A DNA stretch of 64,000 nucleotides from Lepidodermella squamata (taxonomy: Eukaryota > Animalia > Gastrotricha): NCBI GenBank assembly GCA_047495785.1, contig JBLDXI010000021.1:2108001-2172000 (forward strand), read 5' to 3'. Each line of letters begins with the position of its first letter. Position 1 is the first letter of the stretch. The position numbers and the translations under genes are program-made. The notes under the pieces are model-generated. The model was not told the origin of the DNA, searched no databases, and saw nothing but the letters and a program-made list of their open reading frames with translations. Shown one piece after another: positions 25,944 to 39,200 of this stretch.

Positions 25944-27479
25944 TTATGACTTGAAGATGCGCACAGCTCTCACTACAAGGGCCCTGAAATTATTATGCAT
26001 TGAATTATATCATAATAATGAAGAAAACTGCTAACAAACCTGCACATAGGACATTCACTGAGTGTTTTGCCGCACTTAAGGCAGCAGCAAAGATGTCCAC
26101 ATTCGAGCAGAACACTGTCAATTTCATTTGACATGCAGATTTTACACGTGTTCTCCCAATCGACGTGGTCTTCAGACAGCGCGTATTGCAGTCGACGCTG
26201 CTCAGCGATAAATAAAATTCTAACTTGTTGTCGAAGTTCCTCCTTTTCCTTGCAACCAACAGATATTTGCATGTGGTTAGCTGCTAGAAGTTGTTTCAGC
26301 TGATTAACTGAGAGTAAATCCACATCAGCTAGGTCTTCCAGTTGCGACAGTGACACGCGCATCATATCCTGAAGAAAAAAGTGTATTAATGATCTTAATG
26401 TCCCAACAATATTCCACCATTCAGTCATTTTTCTACTATCTCGGATACCTGTGATAGTTTTTGAGAATTGTAAGGCAGATTAGAAGTAGATAGGCAGGTG
26501 ACTCGTGTTACATGTATAAATATACTTCACATAATAATACTCAACACTCCCGCTTTGGTCGACATCTTTACTTCACCCCACCGGTTAATTTATGTCTATC
26601 ATACTCATGAAAATGCCTTATTCATCTATACTTAAACATAAACGTGAACTTTTAAACAAACCTTAAATTTGTTGTGTTCATTGTCGATCATGGCTGAGGT
26701 CGTGGCGTGAGTGCCGTCGATGGCTGCTTGATCATATAAGTTGCTACTATTACAATCATTGACACTCTCTGCATATGATGGAGGTGGAAAAGGGGGCGAG
26801 TTCTATTGTAAATTCAAAGATTGTCTTCTATCATGCCAATCATCGCGTAGAGAAATACTCACTGACAAGGGAAGAGAGCTTTCGTTAGGTGTAGTATGAG
26901 ATATCTGACTAGAGGATCCAGTCAAACCATTCGGAAGCTCGGTAGAAAGATGGTTGATTTGTGAGCGAGGAACATGCTCATTACTATTGCCGTCTTCATC
27001 TAGCCGAAACACTGCTTCGGATGGTACAGCGTCGAGTGGTATCTTGTATACTTCACAAATTACATCAACGAGATCACTCTTGTCGGCGCAACCCGAGTAG
27101 TTTATCCCGCGTCGCTTCAAAAACGATAAAATTGGCTTCATTCGCAATTCTTTGAGCGAATTCCTAAGTATTGTTCATAAATCAACGCAATCACCAGCGA
27201 AACTCTGTCAAAATCTACCTGTTAAACTGGCCAGTCATCAGATAAGAGCATTGAACACAGCGCCTATCGAAAATAGCATTGGGAATAGACTTGGTGCATT
27301 CAGAACAGAATGTTCCCGAGCAGTCGACACATGTCCTCTGTAATATACATGAAAAATTCAAGCATTAACACTATGATCCGACTTCATACCGGAATTTTGA
27401 GTTGCAAGACACCTATGTTGGCAAAACAAGCCTCGCATTCGATAAGTTTTCTTTTATTTAGGCTTCTCAATGCGTCCAT
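25944..27479 (-). CDS. RNF34: RNF34/RFFL (CARP)-like FYVE-RING E3 ligase
   Basis: FYVE-like CEAC...CVDC..FCSEC...CVQC, two SAP-like GC.(D/E)K..L repeats, and a C-terminal C3HC4 RING CKICM...LLECGH...CPMCR..VVRAVRIFKS. Confidence 0.85.
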
Positions 27480-28955
27480 CGCTTCTAAAAATATAAACAG
27501 ATTACTCTTCCATAGACAAAAATTGAGAATTTTTCATGGGAGTCGGGGCAATAGGAGACAAGAAGCGTTGACTTGAAACATGGGACGTGATGGGAAAAAG
27601 ATGGCTCAAATCCATCACCCGGTTATTCCCACTGCACACACCTAAAACAGTGCGCGCCAGTTGCGATTCGAATGAAGTCAAGGTTAACAAAACTTTTTTT
27701 ACAGTTTTGCGTCATTTCAACATATTATATTATTTATCGATAATAAATCAATTTGTGAGCGCGAAATTTTCAAAAAAGTTTATCTCGAAAAGACGCCGAC
27801 GTGGCAAGTGCAGGAAGAAAGCCGACGCTAATCGATAATGCGGAGGAAAGGTAGCGTTCGAAACATTGCGATTGCGAATGACCGCTACTAGATTATCGCG
27901 TTATTTTCCTCCGAAAAACTGTCTTACTACTTCCCCGCTTTGGGCTTTTTTGGGAAGACGGAAGACCCTAAGCTTTTGCCGATTGGCAGAGGCAGTTGTT
28001 CATCATTAATTTCTCATGGAGATCATGACCATGAAAGGGGCTTACTTACCAATTAGTATTTCCTAATTCAATATATGTTCCCCGAGTATCTTAAAACAGC
28101 GAATCAGCGATGAAAATCGGTTTGTTATTGGCATTAAATGAAGTTAATTAGCGGTAGAGACAATCCATTTGTTTAAAGTTCGATTTTTGTAGTCGCTATT
28201 TTGTTGTGAATTATATCATAGTCATACAATATTGCGAGTTTCTTGTTTTGCCCTTGCCTGTTCTCTTTCCGCTGGTACATTCTACCATTCTCAATTCTCA
28301 TGAAAAAGAGCGGCTGTTTCATTGCTTTTTTCGTTCTTCTCTTGATTCTTGATTGTCTATAAACACCATGTGTTGCAGCAATTCTTTTTATAGTTATACC
28401 GGTATATCATAGAAATATGAGATTATGAGTGATATTGTCGTATGACTGATAATATTAAAATTATTGTGGTTACTTATACTTACTTTATACTTCTATGTAA
28501 CCATTTGATACCTACATGTCTGAGGCGATGGGTATAGAAATGTCCGCGGTCTTTGGCTAGGTCTAATTTTCAATTTAATCTAGTGACAAGAGATGCAGAA
28601 TATAGGTATATGATGACGTAACCACTTGTTGATCTGCCTTGAAATGTAAATGCAAATACGTTACTTGGTTGATATACACGAGCTTTGGAATACATTTAGA
28701 AGCGCCGTATAACGTTCCACTGGGCTGCAAAGTCATGATAAAACTAACGCATTGTTTATGAAAAAGTAATTTGAGATAACTAAAATATGGAGCGCTATGC
28801 CACACTTGTAGCGAGTCACGAAATTCCCGTATGTGACTTTTTTCAAACTTGACACATTGACACTGCATCATCGCTTACTTAACTCACAATGTTTATGCTT
28901 GTAGATACGTATTACCACCGAAAAACTTTATCAGAATTTCCCACAATTTTCAAGA

Positions 28956-29877
28956 ATGATTCGCTTCTTTGCTGTCTTGCTGTTGGTTTCGGGGCTAGTA
29001 GATGGCGGGATTCACATCAGAGGGTCAATACCGCTTAATTCGGGCACTTTTGACAAAATGTTGGGAAAATACAAAGCCTTTCTTGTCAAATTCGACGAGA
29101 GTAAGTTCAGAAAGCCCTATCGACCGTTATAATAATTTTATTTCTTAAAGCGTATCCTCACGGCGAGAAGCAGGATGAATTCAAAAAACTCGCAGAAGCC
29201 TCTATTTCTCAGCCTGAGTTTGTCGTTGCCGAGGTGAATGTTGAGGGTGAGTTCAACAATATTATTGCCAATGATAGCTATCCTACATAATTATCGTATT
29301 ATTTCAGATTCTGGCGACAAAGAAAATCAGGACATTGCCGATCGTTATAACGTTAAGAAGGAAGATTTCCCTCGTTACATGCTGTTCTTACAATCGCGAG
29401 ACTCGCCAGTTGTTTATACGGGATCACTCAAGGCTGACGACTTGAAACGTTTTGTCACCAAAGAAAGCGGTTTATGGCTAGGGCTACCAGGTATGAATCT
29501 CTTGTGAAAAATCGCTAAGATGAATTTGGTTTCTCGGAATAGGCTTGGTCGAGGCCATGGATTCTCTTGCACAGAGATTTGCCAAATCATCATCCGAGCA
29601 GGAGCGCACGGCGATAATAAACGAATCGAAGAAAACAGTCAGTGCTATGACTGACAAGTCACAAAAAGACGCCGCTGAATTTTACGTGAAGATGTTTGAA
29701 AAGATGGCAGAAAAAGGCAGCAACGAGTTTGTTTCTAGCGAATTGAAGCGAATTCAAAAGCTCGCTGATGGAAAGGTTTCAGAAGCCAAAAAAGCTCAGC
29801 TCAGAGAGCGAATCAACGTCCTGCAGTCAATCGAATCTTTTCTCTCACAGGCAAATTCACCTGACAAGGAGCTATGA
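28956..29877 (+). CDS. ERP29: Endoplasmic reticulum protein 29 (Windbeutel-like)
   Basis: Signal peptide, LVKFD.TYPHGEKQDEF, DSGDKEN, D-domain, C-terminal DKEL. Three short introns. Confidence 0.92.
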
Positions 29878-32821
29878 GAAAACTTGAATGACATTGTGCA
29901 CTAGTCGTTTTCACTAACTTCTATGATTTAGTCGCGCTGTTTAAATCCGAGGTCGAAATTCCTAAGTTTGTTGCTTCGTTAAATTATGGACGTTCTCTCG
30001 CGAATTAATTGATTTTAATGCTTAATCTTTGTGATTTCTTCATAACAACGCAATCATAATACTGTTGACTGATTGGCCGCACGAATATGACGCTGTGTTA
30101 GAAAGTGTGATCGCGCGGATGGAGTTTCAGTATCTCACACGGCGCAAGTAAACATGACAAAGGGAGAAAATTGACGATGTTGACTCGCGATATTCGCCCT
30201 GTGTTTGATGCACTGATCAACACCACTTCAAGGTCGCGCTCAGGTGGTTCTTGAAACTCGTGATGCGCGCATCATCTTATAGCAAAGCGTCAAAGCGTGT
30301 GATGCGTGTTGATATATTTTAAACTGCTATCGGCCGGTTTCTCCGTTTTCCTGTGCAATCCTCTAGGCGTCAATGAGAGCTTTTTTATGCAGCAGCGCTA
30401 GCGCATGCGCTCTTAGCATATGCTTCAGACTTATTCAAGTGTTGTGATAACGTGCGTGTCACATCACTGTCGTTTCCTCTGTATTCACCGTGAAAAACAA
30501 GCTAATTGTAGGCTACTGGCCGAGTCATTGTCGCTTGTTAGATATGTTATACGTCTCATTTCACGCCTGCCGTTACTGCGAACTATTATTTCTGTGCCGT
30601 AGCGACCTATTGTAAAAAAATACTGGAGACTTTAATACACTGGACATGTTAACATCGTTTGCTTGTTATTGCTCCTAGTCGCTCTGTGCTGAAATTAACA
30701 CCTTTGCTCTTTTTTCTGCCATTGAATATTTCCTCAATTTCATGGTGAATGTGTGACAATAAGCCAAGTTGAATTTCGTTTACACTCTTTCATTTAATTG
30801 CCGCTCTCTATTGGATGTAGTCAATTAAAAATAAATATTTTCATGTTTTGGAACACAGAGTGTTTTTTGCTGTCGGATTCATCTAACAAAAGCGCTAATT
30901 TCATATTACCCTGATGAGCAAAATTCCTGGTTTATGTATCTAGTCTTTTTTTGCAGCAGCTAGATTGCCCACGCAGTTGAACTGTTGTCTGTTGCCGATT
31001 GTAGATTAAGTTGCGCGCTTTCCCCCGAATCAGATGCTGTCCGCGATTCACCTATAGGCGAAAACGCTTCCACCTTGGGGGAAGCCTTTGCTTTAGTGCA
31101 ACGCGCTTCTTCCAATAACCGCGCATTCGCCTACGACAGGTGCAGCAAGGTGCAGCTCGCATCGTCTCAGTCATGAGCCTCGTATCAATTTTTAATGCTG
31201 ATTGCAAAACATCACGCCCGCTTGTATTCTCATGATTGCACGCACCGCGGCTGAATGTGTGCTTTGGGTCAACTCTGAGGCACTAATAGCCAGACGATGG
31301 CAGACTAAATTTAGCCAACTCAAACACGCAAATTGAATGCGTAATTGCCACTTTGCTGAGTTTGCCTTAATTTCTCCTGATGATATTAGCGGCGCACCGT
31401 TTGGCTCTAGTTTGTATACTTTTATCGGCGTCGGACGAAGCGCGCCGTGCGCGTAGCTATCTTCGGCAGTACCACACAGCACCAAGGGTCACGCGGCCGA
31501 ATATTCATAATGAATGATGACACTGGCAACGAAGCCAAGCCTCGTGTTGCGCATTATCATTTGACGTATCCGTTTACTTCGCGCTTTACAACATTTTCGC
31601 AGGCTATTAAAATCGTCTCGCCTAAATACCTCACCTTTGGGTGCGCAGGCAGAATTCCTCGCATTGATTTTTTCATAACTACTAAAAGGTGGAGTATTTC
31701 GGGCATCGCGATAGGCGACATAATTTACGAGGAAACCAGTACAGAATCCGATAATGCACTGAATGACATGCGCGACTAGACGCTTTCACACACATACATC
31801 ACTGCTAATTAATATTTCGTTGTTATCAAATGACATGGCATTCTTCAATGCCGAGACTAACCTGCCACTCGCCTCTCAAGGACAATAATATACCTTGACG
31901 GAACTCGGCATTACTGAACTGCCGCGTGTGTATAGCTAGGTAATATATATTGCGCAGGTTAAATCCAAATTAAGATGTTATTTAGGCTCCAAACTAAGCT
32001 GACACATACTTGTATCTTATAGGAAAAAATCCAAAAGGCAAATTTTTCCTTTCAGCTACTTCGCCTTAAAAAAAACGGAAATATGTATATTCGATATGTA
32101 TATTTTCGGTATATTCTTGCTTGGCTGCTCCCTCTGATTTTAATGGCGCTCGACCTTGATAGCAGGTGGTCGAAAAGGCAGGTGCCCAAGTACATTCAGT
32201 TGTGATTTCACGGTAGTCTGTTATGCTGCAAAAACATGTTTTCGATGTTATACTTTCCATCCAATATCTCATTCATCCCTCGCACCTTAAATACATTTAA
32301 TTAAATGAGGCTCAAATAAAATCTTTTGTCACTGCATGTTTTAACCGAGTCGGAATTTGAAGCGAAATCATTCGGGAATTCATTAATGCGGAATGGCTGT
32401 TTGTATTTATATTCCAAGAATCTAAGCTTTTACAACCATCTTTACTTCTCTTCACTTTCTCATATTATCATGTTCTCCTTCGATAATGAGGTTAATTTTC
32501 ACCACCAGCCTTTAAATTTTGGTCAATCGGCTGGTGGCCGGCTCTCTTAGGCGGAAACGCCGGAATATAGCTTTTTAATGTTGAAAATTATATTTTTACT
32601 TAATCTATTTGGCCCTGTATAAGTTCATTTCAATTTATATTTCGTCAATTCGTTAAATCTTTCATTTTTCCTGGCGACGCGTTTACTGCTGTGTGCGCGA
32701 TATAAGTATGCACCAAGCATGAAAATTTAGAGAAGTGTCATGCCACCGAAACTATAGGTACCATTTTTGTGGTTTTATGCGGAATAGTCTTTATTTTTCT
32801 AATGTCTGTATAGAATTTAAG

Positions 32822-35151
32822 ATGAACTGCCACAGGACAGGTCGCTTTCGAAGCGCACCTACCTGCGAAGACAAGAATGATAACTTCACGAAAAATGAAG
32901 GAGAAGGTGAATATTTCGACGATCTAGAAGTAAGCGGCGGGACCAAAGCTGTGCGTCAGGACATCAACAGCAACGATCACGGAATTAAATCTACCGCGAA
33001 ATCACATTACAAAGCCGATAAGTCACAGGGCGTGATGACCACTGGTGTACCGCTTGCCAAAAGCCACGTGGTATATCTCGGAGCAGCCGAGCCAGAGCCT
33101 GGAACCAGCGGATTGCAGGCTGTTCAAAAAGTGATTTTCGACCGAATATCTTTCTTTAAAATGAATTTCTTCATCGTGCTTTTTAGCCTCTCTCCTTGCT
33201 TTATTTTGATCGTCCTGGAAGTATCGAACACGATTCGTCAAAGAAGTCTTATATCAGCAGTTTACTCAAAGGCAGTTTTTCTCTTCAATATCCTCATTTT
33301 TAATAGGAATTCATTTCAGGAGGCGTTGAGGCTACTATCGCAGTTTACGCTTTCGGAGTTAAACTAATTTACCATCCCGAGGATGACGCGCCCAGTGTCA
33401 ACATCTGGTTTCCCATTTCTAATTTGTTCGTATGTGCTGCAGGTGTGTTGAACCCGCTGTTTTTCGAGGAAGCGGCGAATTAACTTTAATTTTTCTTTAT
33501 TAGTTCGAAGTGTTAATAGACGCTTTGTGCCGCTTGATTTAGCGGAGGCTGAAGAGTCCAAAGACGCTCCTCTGTTCGCTGCGATTTTCCGCCAATCACG
33601 AGCGCGCCACGTCTCTGAATGCTTCTGTTTTATCAGCAAAAGCAAGCAGAGCGCCATGGACTTGGTATTAGGTAATTACATTTTCTTAATACAGCTCTTA
33701 GGCTATACGTTCAACTCGGTATACATATACAGCCTGCACCACCGCCTTTGAATCATTCGTGAGAGGTCGATCTATGCCAACATGGCCCACGGAAAACGTA
33801 CAAGATGGTCTGCTCAATTCCAGCAGTGATTCAAGGGAGACGAAAGATGAGATGGACAAAGCGAATGGTGTTGAAGCATCTGCCTGTGAAGATGACGAAG
33901 GAGAGGCCGAGGAATGGCAACCGATTCTTGTGCGAAGGTTATAGCGATATTTTACGGCAGCTAAACCCATAATTTTTACTCTAAAAATATTCTAGATTAT
34001 GGTATCCAACGCCTACAGCTGTACCGCCGCAGGTCTATTATAACACAGCAATTAGGTCTTCTTCTATGCAAAACAATAAATCAGCCGGGCGTAAAAAGAA
34101 GCTGAAACGCAAAGACGTGAAACGGCTGCTCATCGAGCAGCAGCGTCAACTAGCGCAAAACACATCACCGGTAGCCGCAATGCCCTCTTATCACTATTAC
34201 GACCAGAATTTCACCAAAGTCGTACCTCCAGCCCCGACTCAGAAAGGTACTATTACTCGGTGGCCGTCGTTTGATGCATCGTTAGTTCCCCGTGCAACGG
34301 GCAAGTTCGCCAATCGAAGCGATAAAAACTCCACCAAGAATAAGCAAATGCTAGCGGGCAGTGCGCAGTCTCTTTACGGTGGCAATATGTCGAGAGAAGA
34401 TGGCGTTGTTAGCAGGCTTTACAGCGAGGGGCCGAGTCATCAGCCTGCGAATCGACGCCACGTCACATCCGATCGACTTCAAGATGACTCGACGCTTCGT
34501 GATCGACATCGCCAGTGGTCCTCCCAACCAAGCCTTGAGACCGAAGACGGGTTTACTCGCTGGTCTGCCGCTGGTCGCTCAAATCAAACCAAACGTGCCA
34601 AGCCGGGTTTCGTTCGAAAGATGCGCAACCTCATTTTCCCGCCTAAGAACTACTCACCTACGAGCGATGGCATTGATGGCGACAATGGCTTCCCGCCGCC
34701 ACCCCGCCACAGCTTGATGTCGGCGAAAAATGGCTCAACGCCACAGCAAAACAATGTCATTGACTACGCAACTATCGCATCCGACGAGGCTGATTTATTG
34801 CGCGCGCAAAGCGACTGTTATGGGGGCGGCGCTAACAATAGCAACGCTGTCGGGACGTTGAGCAGACATCCCCTTCCAAACGAGAGGGCCTTCATGATTT
34901 CGATAAAGAACCAGCAGCAATGCAAGGTGACAAATGTAGCCGTTGTCGAATCGTCGAAAACAACGCTGACGCAACGAGGGAGACTTGGCGGCGCCATCTC
35001 GTCGACGACAGCAGAGATCAGGCGCAGCACCAGCCGGCCGCCCGAGCCTGGAACCAAACACCCGGCGAAGGATTCGGTTGAGGAGAAAGCGCGTCGAAAC
35101 AAATCAGTCGAGCGACAGCGCACTTTTACGAAATCAAATGCGAGGCAATAA
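32822..35151 (+). CDS. Uncharacterised PTB/PID-like domain protein with a disordered C-terminus
   Basis: VVYLGAA...GLQAVQKPL, WFPISNLFVCAAVR, PLFAAIFR, ECFCFISKS...AMDLVLAC, assembled across ~5 short introns. Confidence 0.65.
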
Positions 35152-36208
35152 TATAACAGTGTTGTGCCCAAAATGCCAGTTATTTTGCGAATTCGCTCAA
35201 ATTATTACTCATATTATTTACCGCTCTTTACTCCTGAAAACAGCTCAATTCGCAGCTCTCAATGACCGAATAAATGCTGAAGTTTTGCATCAATTATCGC
35301 ATGTTTTTTGTTCAGAACCTCTGTCTTTGAGTTCATATGCCATCGAGTTTTCCACCAACCACCAACACAGCTCTCTCATTCATCTTTTTGTTATATTTCA
35401 ACACATTTTCGTAATACGAGTATGAAAACAGAGGCGATCGAAAAACATACAGTGAAATCGTATTCATCCGCCGCAACACAGTCGATCAAGATGAAGGAGG
35501 AGTAAGATTTTTCGTGTCATCTGAGAGCTACTGGAGTGGTGAAACGGGTTCGACCAATGCAACCAATTACCAGCTACCAGTTAAACATGTTCGAATCATC
35601 CGTTATTACTGTCCTAACGTAAATTGCGCCGAAGTTTTGTGATTTACCCGGCCTCAGCGTGTTTGACGTAATTTTTTGCAAATTACTAGGCCCACGCGAC
35701 TATTTGCAAATTAGACGTGACGAAACATCCACCGACAGACAAAGGAGGGCGTTGTATACAACTAATGATCTGATGTGCTAATGCGCTTAGCTATCACTTC
35801 ATGAGAGGGCTGCACCTGAAGCGTCGCCAATATAGCATTTACCGTTTTTACAACAATCGTGGTGAAATCGTTTCTTCGGATTGAATAGCTGATTTATCCT
35901 CTCTTGCCTGGCTCTAGACTGTCGGTTGGAAATAGAAAACGCGGTCTGGTTGATTACCAACATCAGGTTTTATTGTCACTTTGTGCAATCTCTCACTTTT
36001 TAGAGCTACAGCGCAATAAAAAGTCGAGCCGTACCGGCGATAATGAAAGATTCGATCATCAAATTATAGGAACAACACGTTGCCTTGCTGCAGCATCGAA
36101 AACCACAGCAGAGCTAACAAAAAGCAGCGTAAAAGTTTATCAATACTTATAAAAGTAGCCATAAAAGGCGAATTAAGCCTATTAACTAATCGACTATATC
36201 AGAGCATA

Positions 36209-39200
36209 TTAATAGTTGCGATATCCGCCACTTGGCTGTTGGTAGCGCGGAATCGCCCCCGGCATTTGAGGCGGCACCGGTTTCACGAAATTGCCGCTCG
36301 CACTGCTTCGCTGACCGTTCGGTTGTTGCAATGGCGGTGGCGCCATACTGGAGGAATAGCCTGTTTGTGGCGTCTGCCCGGGTGTCGAATACGAAGCGGT
36401 GACTGTGGCGTGCCGCGAGGTCGCATATTGCGGCATCGCCCCTGATGAAGAATAACCGGCATATTGAGCATTTTGGGTGGTGGCATAGGCCGTCGACGAG
36501 CCCATCGAGGGGAGCGAGGCGTGCGAGCTGTAGTTCGAAGGGGTGCTGCCCACCGTTGACCCGCCTCCACGATGGGACGAACCGACAGGCTGGTGCACCG
36601 GGGCAGGCATGGTCTGCGGTAAAGCATCGTCGAAATGGTCTTTGAACCACTTGATCAGCTGATTCAAGTTCGGGAAGGTTTTGGTCCGGAATCGATAACC
36701 CTCCGGGGTAACAGTTACAAGTTCGTGCCTCGGCCGGTTGCGCGGCATGTACGACAACAAAAATTTGCCAGGAAATTCTTTTGACGCAGAGAGAAAGTAA
36801 GGAATTGAGGCGGGCTGCCGGCTCTTTTCATCAAACAACCACTGATCTAGAATATCGGTTTTTCCGCCCTCTGAGTCGCGATAGTATTTGTAACCGGTCA
36901 GTTCTCGAACGTGATTCGCCATTGGCTGGACAAACCTAGCCAGGATTTCATCAAGATCTTCGTATTCCTCATTGCGAACCACCAGTTTCTTGCCAAGACT
37001 GAACACCGTCTGTTTATCACGTTCGATGATGTCGACGTGCTGGTAAATTCCTTCAGCAACCTTCCACGTCAACGTCAAGTGATCGGTGCCATGAGACGAC
37101 GGCCGAATTATCGCCTCACCAGGCGACATGTCCGATAGAAGGGCTTCGCATTCGGCATATGTAATATTCTTGAAGGACGGATGAGCGATGACTCGCTTCA
37201 TATACATCTGCTTCTTCGCGCCACCTTCTTGTTCGTTTTGAGCGCCACTTTCTTCGCCGCCATACGATCGACGGTCTTCCGCCTCGGCTTTATCGTCCCA
37301 ATAAACATCCTTTCTTCGATACTTCCCAGACTTGTCCGCTAATTCAGAAGAACGTGACGTCAAATCAACCTAGAATGTTAAGGAATCATACTTTATACGT
37401 TATACGTAAGCTACGGTAATCGTGTTTTCTAACCTGAAACCGTTCGATGTCGATTTTAGTAATCCGAGCCCAAATTGACATGCCATTGCGAACGCGTTCT
37501 TCAGGATCCTGCACGGGTCGGTCAGAAAGGCTCTTCAATCCGATGAAGCCATTGCAGCCGTTATCGAGGCGGCATTTCACGCCGACTTTGCGGCCCTCGC
37601 AAGACCCGTCGTCGAAGTGCTTCCAAACATCGCCGATCTCCTGGATGACCTTGTAGCAAAATGGGCACTTGAATAATTGCTGGCCGTTCATTTCGAATTT
37701 GACCGGCGCAGCCTCCTCGAGCTCTTGTTCTCGCGGTTTCTTAAACGCGAATCCAACAACAGTGGCTTGGACGAGTTTTCCCTCTTGGAAAGTCTCTGGA
37801 GTTTCCTTCGTCACCAGCTGGAACAACTCAACGTTGTTTATGGGCTTAAAAGGCGGCCGAAGGTCTTTGTACGAGTGGTTCAACTCAGCGCGAATGTCGT
37901 ACAGTGTAGTGTGTTTAGTACCAAAGTTCTGACAAATTAAGGCGGCTTGAAATGTTACTCAAAATGCTAAACTATTGAATAGTTACCTGACGCTCCAACT
38001 CAGCTGCAAACGCATCCAAGTCGAGATCTTTCAGCCTTTCGGGATTTTCCATGATTTTACGAACTGCCTCTCGCTGATTGGTGTTTTCGTCCAACTCAAG
38101 CGCGTCAATCGCCATTTTCCGCGCCCACTCGTAAGCCTCAGGGTGGACACGGGTGGCGTCAAGCTGTTCGACAGGCGATTCAGCCTCTTCATCGTCGTCA
38201 TCAGTTCGATGAGCCTCCCACCATTGCTCCGCCTGGTCGACGTCGATGCGAATAAACCCGGCGCAGTTCAAAAATACGCAGGGACCCATGTTGAAACTGG
38301 TGACTAGTTCAGCCCGAGTCAGTAGCATTCCTCGCGCTTTTATTTGTTTCAAAATGTATGACGCTTTTCGAGGCCCGAGACCGCATATGAATTGCACAAG
38401 GCCCATCATATGCGGGTGTTCGATTACTTCATTCAGATCTACACCGACTTCGTTGACTCGATTGACAAATTCGACTGTTAAATAGTCTAACAACCGGTCT
38501 TGATCAAGCAAATTTTGCAGCGGATGGAATTTTAAACACAAGACATCGTTATCAGAATTGGCTAGGCGGACGAATTCGAGTAGGGGATCGCGAAGTCGAC
38601 GAGCAAGTCCGACGGCGATTTTCAGCCCCGTGGCATGATCACGGTATTCGTGCCTCGACTGGGCTGAATTCGCATAGACCAAAGCAGCGTCAGTTTCAAC
38701 AATCTCGCAATTGATTGCAGCGGGCAGGCCAAGTTCTTGCTGCACTTCAGCCATAAGGCCCACCATGTCTTTGTGGAAGTACATCGAATCACGCGAATCG
38801 ACACCTACAGCAACAACAGTTGGTTTCGTGTCCATGATGAATTGTTTCAGGGCGGCGTAGTCGACATCTCGAGTTTCAGCATTTTTCCTGCCACCAGCTG
38901 ACCACGAAGTTCCGAGGGGAAGATGGTCCAGTAGCTCGCCAGTTGAATTGATAAGAGCAGCGTAACCGGTCTGGCCATATACCGGCGCCTGATAGATGCC
39001 AATAACAGACAAATTGCTCCGGCCACTACCGTAATCGTCATATGAATTGTCGGATGGGTACGGGGCAGGTTTGATTAAATGCATCAGTTTGCTGCGGCAC
39101 TTCTTGTAAATAACTTCTCGCGCTTCATCGGCTAATTTTGTTCGCAAGTCTTTCTCCATTTGCGGGTACAAAAATGATCGAAGCGCCATTTCTAGCGCTG

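Noticed and set aside
29900-32700. Short ORFs and GC palindromes between ERp29 and the PTB gene
   Set aside because: No coherent exon chain, recognisable motif or repeat; probably regulatory or intergenic.
33272-33319. Possible GC-AG intron in the PTB-like gene
   Set aside because: An in-phase GT donor at ~33260 explains the junction equally well.
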